From positions 1-16,919 of the forward strand of contig NW_021825036.1 in assembly GCF_006345805.1 (NCBI RefSeq): 16,919 nucleotides of DNA, given 5' to 3'. Below, piece after piece: positions 9,479-16,919 of this stretch (position 1 is the stretch's first letter; every line of letters begins with the position of its first letter). Both the position numbers and the translations under genes were made by a program. Source of the stretch: Octopus sinensis (Eukaryota). The notes below the pieces were generated by a model. That model was not told the DNA's origin. It made no database searches and saw only the letters and a list, made by a program, of their open reading frames with translations.

Positions 9479-10041
9479 ATCATCTTAGCTGTGCATTCTT
9501 GTTCTTTTGCTATATTAAACACAACGTAATATGTGCAGTGCATCGCGGCTGCTTAAATTAATTTACAGGATGCTTAATATGATTTTATAATGGGTTAACA
9601 TCATACTGACCGCTATACTGGCTCGTTGATTGATTGAAAGTACTTATATTTTTCTTGAGTACTCATATGTATTGGAGTGCTTCCAAATTAATTGCCAGGA
9701 TTATTTAGATCCTACAATTTAATGGTGCGTGTGTGTGTATATGCATATATAAACAAATATACATTTGTTTGTTTTTTTATTAGAAGCGTCGAAATGTGTA
9801 TTGTACGATACGAACAAGATGATGATATTTTCCCGAATGCAGTATTTCCGTTAGAACAGCAGAAATAAGGAGTAAATTACCCTTACAAAGCGGAAGAATT
9901 TGTCAACAAACAGCCATGTGACTTGACCCCACATCCCCCAAAACTCCAGCTGAGTGCTTTACCATTAAGCTAAACTGCCCGCTAACAATTTCACCCGCCG
10001 ATTTAGACGGAAAAAATTGTCAGTGGACACACACACACACA

Positions 10042-10338
10042 CACTGGAACATTAAGATAAACGCCAGTATAAATATTTAGTTTCTATGTACGTTTCCCCA
10101 TTGCTGTTATTTGGAACTCAGTATCGGATGTTTCAAGTGCATTTGGATGTCTGACCGCAGTGGATTATCTGAGGAACACTTTATTGCATTCTGTAACAGA
10201 ATGAAGAAAAATGTTCTCTTGATGATCCATTGCGGTCAGGCATCCAAATGAACTTGAAACATCCGACGCTGAATTCCAAATAACTTCAACGGTGAGACTA
10301 AATATTTATGCTGGTGGTGCTTATCTTAATTTTCCACT
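10042..10338. mobile_element. foldback/palindromic element (about 297 bp), essentially no spacer
   Basis: Centre cattctg-taa-cagaatg (10187-10203). 10106-10169 and the reverse complement of 10221-10284 match at 57/64. Outer arms attaagataa...ccag.ataaatatttag pair with ctaaatattt.atgctgg...ttatcttaat. Confidence 0.88.
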
Positions 10339-10399
10339 AAATATGCTCTGTATATCATAACTAGTAACACTGCTAAGTACACTAGTTGAATAAACCCTA

Positions 10400-10706
10400 T
10401 ACTGGAAGCTTACTGAACTATGATAATCAACGCACAGTTCGACTTACAAGAGATGCTGCAGCAACTGCTGCTGTGCGCGCTACGGAGGCTACAGGAGAAA
10501 GACAACAACGACTGGAGGCTGCAACTCAGCAAAGGGCTGCGCGACGTTCCTACTCAAGGTCATGCTCCTCACGTTGGTCAATGTCAGCATTCAAGCACAA
10601 TATCCTACAACTGACTACAGTAATCATCTTGATGTTAAATAGGCTGCAGATGCCTTTGTTAAGCAAAATAATGTCTTTGCCGCTTGACCCTTCTAACCTT
10701 TTCTAG
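10400..10706 (+). pseudogene. probable decayed Helitron Rep/Hel N-terminal fragment
   Basis: Reads ...AAVRATEATGERQQRLEAATQQRAARR...RWSMSAFKHN, then in a shifted frame YPTTDYSNHLDV. This resembles the recalled Helitron N-terminal pattern RAxETxEQRxxRL...WxxxAFxYDPxxDYSxH. No termini identified. Confidence 0.5.
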
Positions 10707-10908
10707 GACATCAGGGGCTGGAATGGAAAAAACAGACCTCCAACGAAATCATTTGTTCTCAACAATATGTCTGTTCTTCTGGCTGCTTTTCGATAGTTAT
10801 AAAAGCAAGAACTCCGTAAGCTAAAGGCAGTTACTGAGAGCGACCATCAATGAGTCTGAACGTTATTATTGCACTTTCTTCAAACACTTCATTCATAAAT
10901 TTATATAA

Positions 10909-10978
10909 CCTCTCTCACCAGCCTCCGCCAATCTTTCTCGGCAACCTCCGAAAACCTCTCTCGCCAACCTCCCCAAAA
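10909..10978. repeat. three degenerate 22-24 bp tandem units
   Basis: cctctctcaccagcctccgccaat / ctttctcggcaacctccgaaaa / cctctctcgccaacctccccaaaa. Confidence 0.7.
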
Positions 10979-11131
10979 TTTAAAGGCCTTTTACTTTCAG
11001 TAGAAAGGACTATTTCGGGTTGGGGGGAGGTGGGCGATGAAATAAATACCAGTTGAGCACTGGGATCGATGTAATCGACTAGCCCCCTCCTCCAAAATTT
11101 CAGGTTTTATTCCTATAGTAGAAAGGATCAA
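10962..11131 (+). mobile_element. two family B SINE 3' fragments in tandem
   Basis: cctccccaaaatttaaaggcc...gtagaaaggactatt (10968-11014) and aaataaataccagttgagcactgggatcgatgtaatcgactagccccctcctccaaaatttcagg...gtagaaaggatc (11041-11129). Confidence 0.8.
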
Positions 11132-11139
11132 TATAATCA

Positions 11140-11228
11140 TTATATATGTATGTGTATTGCGTTCTACATCTTGACAGTCCATGTTGGTTTGTTTACGTCC
11201 CCGTAACGAAAGGGTTCGGCAAAACGAC
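11140..11228 (+). mobile_element. family A SINE internal fragment
   Basis: catcttgaca...gtttacgtccccgtaac...ggttcggcaaaa. Confidence 0.75.
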
Positions 11229-11581
11229 CAGGTGATAGATGAATTTATTCCGCATTCATGAGGTGTCCCGGGCATGATCTCGCTAGGAGGCATCATGATG
11301 GACAAGAGTCTTAGACCAGTCGACCCAAGCGTTTTCCGTACTATAAGGTAGGCGAAAACTGTGTTGAAGCCTCTAATTCAAATGTTCAGCTTTGTTCCAC
11401 ACAAAGTCACACTGATTCCGCCTGAATATTATGTTAATGACATATATCTCCATGGAATACTCGGCCACTTCACATGCTAATGCAATAAGTAGTTAATTCA
11501 GTTAATCGAGCAACTGGATAGTCGTCGTTGAAACCGACGGAAGATCCATTTGCTATTTATTATTTGTGAATGTAGTGTAAA

Positions 11582-11763
11582 TTGTGTGTGTGTGTGTGTG
11601 TGTGTGGTGTATGTCTCTGCATGGTGTTGTGTTGGTAATTCATATGTGTGTACGTGTTGCGTGGGAGTTTAGTGGATGATATATTTGTGTGAGAGTATGT
11701 GTGTATTTGTGTGTGTGTGTGTTGTGTGTGTGTGTGTGTGTGTGCGTGTGCGTGTGTGTGTGT

Positions 11764-11796
<33 letters not shown>
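11582..11796. repeat. complex (TG)n microsatellite
   Basis: Directly visible. Confidence 0.95.
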
Positions 11797-11797
<1 letters not shown>

Positions 11798-12045
11798 CTT
11801 GCTGGAATGTCACACACAGCTTACAAAGAAGGCAAACAGAAAGATCTCATCGACACCTGGACAATTATATTTATACAAGTCATCCCTTTTTTCTGCTTGG
11901 TAAGGACAATCTCTCAACCAACACCACTCAACACACAGCACTCGACAAACTTTCGGGTATGAAATACCCTGTGAAATGGATCAGCAGGGAATCGAACCTG
12001 TGCTTCACAGCAGTTTCGCCGAGAACACAACTCTACGGCTATCGT
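11797..12045 (-). mobile_element. candidate tRNA-derived SINE of a different family (head at about 12045-11985)
   Basis: Perfect B-box GGTTCGATTCC on the minus strand (11998-11988), with a weak A-box-like tagccgtagag about 40 bp upstream. The body is unrelated to families A and B and runs into a (CA)n tract on the minus strand. The 3' boundary is inferred. Confidence 0.5.
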
Positions 12046-12295
12046 TAGAACCTCTAATAAGGTACCTAATCCTTATACCTAGCCTTTTTCTTCGCAAACC
12101 GTCAAACCACTGTAAGGTTTTTTATACACCCTCCACTATAGTCATTGAGTAACAGCTGTTTAAGTGTAACACCAATCACCTTAATTTCATTTGTCCAAGA
12201 GAGCCTCGAACGTGGTGAACACTGTCCCTGCCCTATGTCTTTACAATACGCTTTTTACTTATTTTATTTATTTATTTATTTGCTATTTGAATTCA

Positions 12296-12392
12296 TTATT
12301 GTTTCTGCTCTAGGCACAAGGCCTTGAAAATTTTGGTGGGAAAGGAGGCTAACTGGTACTTATTTCATCGACCCTGAAAGGATGAAAGGCTT
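12296..12392 (-). mobile_element. family B SINE 3' fragment with internal deletion
   Basis: ctaggcacaaggccttgaaaattttgg...aactggtacttatttcatcgaccctgaaaggatgaaaggc. Confidence 0.8.
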
Positions 12393-12559
12393 TTCAATTC
12401 ATTATGCTGGAGCTGTACCGATGTAGATCGTCTTTGCGTAACGTAAATATACCTGCTCCTCGTAGCCACCTACTGGCATGAAATACAAACACATTCGGTG
12501 CTTCATAGTTTCTTCATATAATGTTCTCACATTTGAAAAATGGACGGTGATTGTTGCCA

Positions 12560-12650
12560 GGGACCGTTTGGCTTAATGGCTGTAGCACTTAGCTGGTATC
12601 TGACGGGTGCGGGATTCGACACCCCGCAGCCTCCTGCTGACAACTTTTTT
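12560..12650 (+). pseudogene. degenerate tRNA-like Pol III unit (tRNA pseudogene or SINE head)
   Basis: A-box TGGCTTAATGG (12569-12579); anticodon-like arm ttag-CTGGTAT-ctga; T-arm-like tgcggg-attcgacac-cccgca; T6 run at 12645-12650. The acceptor stem does not pair. Confidence 0.45.
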
Positions 12651-12733
12651 CCATCTTCTAAGGGTAAATACCTAATTTTTCTCTCCTGTTTTCACAGCTA
12701 TACTGCGTTCGAAATTAATTTTCTTGTCTGTAG

Positions 12734-12890
12734 TATCTTTTACTTTTTACTTGTTTCAGTCATTAGACTGCAGCCATACTGGAGCATCGCCTTAAATGTT
12801 TTTTTTTTAGTCGAAGAAGTCGACTCCAGGACTTATTCTTTATAAGCCTTATGATTATTCTATCGGTCTTTTTTGTCAAACCGCTAAGTT
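12734..12890 (-). mobile_element. family A SINE 3' half
   Basis: ttttacttgtttcagtcattagactgcagccatactggagcatcgcc...ggacttattcttt...ttctatcggtc...aaccgctaagtt. Confidence 0.88.
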
Positions 12891-13078
12891 CGGTATTTTG
12901 GGGAGGGGACTAGTCGATTACATCGATCCCAGTGTTTCATGGGTACTTAATTTATTGACCCTGAAAGGATGAAAGGCTAACTCGACGCCGGCGGAATTTG
13001 ATTTCAGAACGTGAAGACAGGCAAAATGCCGTTAAGCATTCCGCCCGGCGTGCTAACTATTCTACCAGCTCGCCGCCT
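12891..13078 (-). mobile_element. family B SINE, near full length
   Basis: The minus strand starts GGCGGCGAGCTGGTAGAATAGTTAGCACGCCGGGCGG, includes a B-box-like GTTCTGAAATCAAATTCCGCC, and its 3' region matches the other family B copies. Confidence 0.88.
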
Positions 13079-13088
13079 TTCCTAACCC

Positions 13089-13161
13089 GAACGTAAAGAC
13101 GGACAAATTGCCGCGAAGCGTTTTGTCCGACGTGCTAACGATTCTACCCGCTCTACGTCTT
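13089..13161 (-). mobile_element. second family B SINE head, in tandem with 12891-13078
   Basis: gaacgtaaagacggacaaattgccgcgaagcgttttgtccgacgtgctaacgattctacc parallels 13008-13066. Confidence 0.8.
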
Positions 13162-13261
13162 ATATTAATCAAAGAAAAGCAAGGTAGAGCTATTCAATAA
13201 TATATCTTCTTACAATTGTTTCTGTAGCGAACCATTTCATCAGAGAAAATAGCATGATGTA

Positions 13262-14727
13262 CCGTATTTTCCGGTCTATAAAAACGCATCGGTACTGGGC
13301 CGAATTTGGGGGAAAATTTTGGCTTTATCCACACATAAAACGCACCGAGTCCGAAGCTAGCTTTATATAGAGCTACGGGTCCACAGCTAGCTAGCATGTA
13401 GTTTCAAAATGCTTTGTTTTAAGATATGTAGAACGACCGTGCGAAGGAGAGGTGACAATGAATGGCTCCTTTAGTACACCACACAGTCGATTACAATAAA
13501 TACAGAAAAGGATAAATGAGTACGAGTGCCAGAAGGAAAAGAGAAGCACAACGGTAGAAGGTTTAAGAGAAGATTTTATTTATAGGTTAATACGTGTGTC
13601 TGTGTGTGCGTCATATATGCATAATAATAGACAAGCTGTCATGTATACAAAGTGTGTATGTAGAAACATGGATGTATGCGTGTGTGATAAGTACAGAGCA
13701 ATGAAAGAGTCTATAATAGGACGCTAGAAGAATGTTCAGATACAAGGAAAATAAATGCCAGTTTGTAGTCAGGGTACATGATAGTTGAAGTGCTATAACA
13801 AGAAGTTGTGGCGAAGAAGCAGAGCCGGTTGAGGCACATGTGCGTGAAGCTTTGGCTACTATGCTGCTTCTGGTCACTTGATACAGGAAGTTCTCGCAGG
13901 TTATATTTGCTGTTAACCATGGTGAAGTAATTCACAAACAGTGAGGAGATTGGACCTGAGCGAGTGTTACTGGTTTCTGTGTACGTAGAGAGGTGTTGTT
14001 GCCGACGTTAAGATGAAGGCGACGGAGATAGACATTGCTGTATGCTGTTGGACGAATGTTGAGTCTCCAATGTGGCTACAGGTGTTGTCGCTGGAACTGG
14101 CTGTGCTCTGTGGTCAGTAGTTAGAATTCAGAAGGTCTAGAACCTAAAGACGTCAGAAGGTGCAAAAGCTAGCATTTTATAGCAAGTTATCGGCTCACCG
14201 GAATGTTTGGAAGAGACTGTCTCACGTGACCGCATCAGAAGGCTACGATTGGTTAGGTTGCACATTGGCGCGCAATAGAGCAAGAGACAAATTGCGCCAA
14301 TACCAACCAATCAGAGTAGTGGACATAACAGGGTGCAAAAGAGCAGCCGAAGACTAGCTGTTATCTACTACGTCCGTACTCATGTATATATAACAGAGGG
14401 AGAGAGTTCGTTACAGATATATTGTTATTGTTTTGATTTTATCTTACTATAATCAACAACGAACACATTTCATCAATATTAAGGTCTTTATTAGATTCAA
14501 AATGACATTATCAAAACATGAAGTTAAGACAAAATAAATATGCCTTGTTTTTTCCTGGGCACCAATGTACTGTAGCAGTAGTCTTTCACGTTGTTCGCCG
14601 ACCGACCTTTCCTCTGAAAATATCAGTAGAAACATTCGATCTCCATACACAATTATTTCCCACATTAGGCGCACCTCTCTATAAATTTCCCAGGTGAAAA
14701 ATAGGACTTATTCACCGGAAAATACGG
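13262..14727. mobile_element. non-autonomous pogo/Tc1-mariner-type DNA transposon (473 bp once the nested LTR and one TSD copy are removed)
   Basis: TIRs ccgtattttccggtctataa (13262-13281) and ttattcaccggaaaatacgg (14708-14727) match at 18/20. TA TSD at 13260-13261 and 14728-14729. Confidence 0.88.
13427..14415 (-). mobile_element. solo LTR (989 bp), probably Ty3/Gypsy-type
   Basis: Termini TGTAGAACG...CGTTACA; exact 4-bp TSD GATA (13423-13426, 14416-14419). Minus-strand order is ATTGG/CCAAT boxes (14297-14312), CACGTG (14223-14228), TATAAAA (14181-14175), AATAAA (13580-13575), as expected for U3-R-U5. No internal coding region. Confidence 0.85.
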
Positions 14728-14780
14728 TAAATATTTGAGTCAGTCACCGAAGATATTTCTATCATAAAGCAAGTCAAGAG

Positions 14781-14866
14781 CAGTGAATTGGCGAAATGGT
14801 TCGTGCATCGGATAAGAAGCTTTTCAGTATCTATTCCAGATCTCTGTGTTCGAATTCCGCACCGTT
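14781..14866 (+). mobile_element. degraded family B SINE head
   Basis: gtgaattggcgaaatgg...tgtgttcgaattccgc (B-box-like). Confidence 0.55.
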
Positions 14867-15007
14867 CCAAAATTGACCAGTATGGACAGATAGGCCTGGC
14901 CTACACGCAACACAGATAAGCTAGTAATGATATACCACGCCAATTTACAAGGTGGTGTATAAACAGAGGTTTCAGGATGATGCATAGGATGCCTCGAGGC
15001 AATTGTT

Positions 15008-15187
15008 TCGGATCTCTGAGTTCAAATCTTGTCGAAGTCAACCTTGCCTTTTATCCTTTCAGGATTGACAAAAAAAATCTAATTCAGGGCGATGGATTGG
15101 CGGAATTGTAAAATGTCGAACTGGGTGCCTTTTGTTATTCGTTTCAGCTCTTTGCAGTCTCAGTTCAAGTCCCACCATGGTCTACTT
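15008..15187 (+). mobile_element. two degraded family B SINE fragments
   Basis: ctgagttcaaatcttgtcgaagtcaaccttgccttttatcctttcagg (15016-15063) and gattggcggaattgt...cagttcaagtcccacc (15096-15176). Confidence 0.6.
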
Positions 15188-15370
15188 GAGTAGTAGACTC
15201 AAAGAGTCGCCCGGTTTAACATCAACTCCTGCCACCTAGAGTGCCTTTAGCGGAGTCTACTTTGCTTCAAGCAATCAGACCATGTCTCTTGTTTGGGATC
15301 CCTTTCTCTCCTTTTCCCACCAATCTCAGAGGCCCTGTAAGGGGTCAAAAGTTCTGCCTTCCTGAGCAAC

Positions 15371-15402
<32 letters not shown>

Positions 15403-15745
15403 GAAGAAAAGAGAAAAGACAATACATAATCTAATACCTATTTTAACGATCTTAGCGTTTTCATCGGACGTGGTAAGCCATGTTGCATGATCCCATCCCT
15501 CGGGACCGAACTCTGAATCCTCCAGTAACCCGTTGTTAGGTGGTGGTGGTGGTTTGTTGTTGTTGTTATAGGTGATGGTGGTAATGATGTTGATGATGAT
15601 GATGATAACAATCCCGGCCATTCTCACAACTAACACGGGGGTCCCTTAAGTAGAAGTTCCACATCTTGAGGTGCGAGGTGGATGGATTGGAAGCGGGGTG
15701 AGGAGTACTTCCCAAACATCCCTAACATCACGTACTCATATCCAT

Positions 15746-15777
<32 letters not shown>

Positions 15778-15832
15778 CACACACACAAACAAACAAACAC
15801 ACACACACACACACACATACACACACACTCTC
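15746..15832. repeat. (CA)n microsatellite
   Basis: Directly visible. Confidence 0.95.
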
Positions 15833-15855
15833 TCTCCTTTTCGTTTCTTTCTCTG

Positions 15856-16275
15856 ATAGTAATGGTGGTGGTGGTAGTGATAATGGTGGTGATGTTGGTG
15901 ATAATAGTGGTGATGTTGATGGAGGTGGTAGTGGTATGTTGGCAATGAGAGTAGTAGTGATGGTGATGGTGATTATAGTGGTAGTGGTGGTGGCGGTGGT
16001 GGTGGTGATAGTGGTGGCATACTCGTGATAATAATGCCGAGTGGGCGGCGGTGTTGGTGAGGGCATGTTGGTGATAATAGCTGTAGTGATGGTGGTGGTA
16101 GTGGTGGTGATGGTGATGGTAGTGGTGGTGGTTGTGGCGTACTAGTGATGATAATGGTGAGGTTGGTGGTGGTAGTGGTGCTATGTTGGTGATGATAATA
16201 ATGGTGAAGGTGGTGGTGGTGGTGGTGGTGGTGTTAGTGGTATACTGGTGACGATAGTTGCCGAGATGGTGGTGA
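15856..16275. repeat. degenerate (GGT/GAT/AGT)n trinucleotide array
   Basis: Directly visible. Confidence 0.92.
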
Positions 16276-16442
16276 CAACAGGTCAATGATAACGGGGTTA
16301 TCGGTTGTAGATAGTTGAATAGAAACGAACTGGCGGAAGCAAGGCTCATCCAACGGTTAAGTTCTTTCGCACTGTTTCGAGTAGGTATTTTGTGTATCTC
16401 GTAATATTTGAACCTACGAACAAGCACTCCCATGGGACTACC

Positions 16443-16919
16443 TTCACCACTAACCATCACCACCACCACCATTACTACCATTACTACCGTCATTACCATC
16501 ACTATCAAGATGGCGACGATAGCGATGGCAACGATAGCAATGGCGACGACGACGACGATGTCGATGGCGATGACGACGACGACGACGACAACCACGACGA
16601 CGACGACCACCACCACCACCACCACTACCACCACCACAACGATCACTATCACTACAACTACCTACACTACCACCGTCATCATTACCACACCCACCTCCAT
16701 CACAGCAATCACTACTACCACCATCGCCACTACCATCACCACCACCACCACCATTACCACCACCATCACTACCATCGCCATCACCACCACCCACTACTAC
16801 CATCACCACAATCATCATACTCCACCCCAACATCATCATCATCATTATCATCATCATCATCATCACGTTCGCCACTACAACCATTATTATCACTAACATA
16901 TACTACAACCGCCACCAAC
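16443..16919. repeat. degenerate (ACC/ACT/CAT/GAC)n trinucleotide array, running off the window end
   Basis: Directly visible; source of the poly-T/H/G/V pseudo-ORFs. Confidence 0.92.

Noticed and set aside
11521-11545. Hairpin cgtcg-ttgaaac-cgacg as a possible Helitron 3' terminus
   Set aside because: No CTRR end at the expected distance.
13611-14357. Short ORFs inside the solo LTR
   Set aside because: No gag, pol or env motifs; they lie within a TG...CA/TSD-bounded non-coding LTR.
15202-15261. 9-bp inverted repeat agtagactc/gagtctact
   Set aside because: Too short, with no TSD and no further arm similarity.
15671-16899. Long His/Thr/Val/Gly-rich ORFs of up to 291 aa
   Set aside because: Trinucleotide arrays keep frames open on both strands; the unique spacer peptide has no recognisable domain or splice structure.

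Overview
This is AT-rich, repeat-saturated eukaryotic non-coding DNA (intronic or intergenic). It is most likely from an octopus or other coleoid cephalopod: the dominant tRNA-derived SINEs resemble, from recall rather than a search, those I associate with Octopus genomes. I can support no intact host gene, and most ORFs in the supplied track are translations of microsatellites or SINEs. The window is a layered transposon graveyard. It holds about 20 SINE copies or fragments from at least 2 major families, a 5'-truncated CR1-type LINE 3' end, a mariner 5' end and a probable decayed Helitron fragment. It also holds a hAT MITE, three foldback elements, and a solo LTR (TGT...ACA, 4-bp TSD GATA) nested inside a TA-flanked pogo/Tc1-like non-autonomous element. 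There are three clear nested insertions and many inverted repeats that could form dsRNA or cruciforms. I found no convincing evidence for a wholly new biological system. The best leads are possibly unannotated TE families, a second LTR-derived promoter block that keeps its CCAAT/E-box/TATA motifs, and the dsRNA potential of the locus. All alignments were done by eye and coordinates may be off by a few bases.
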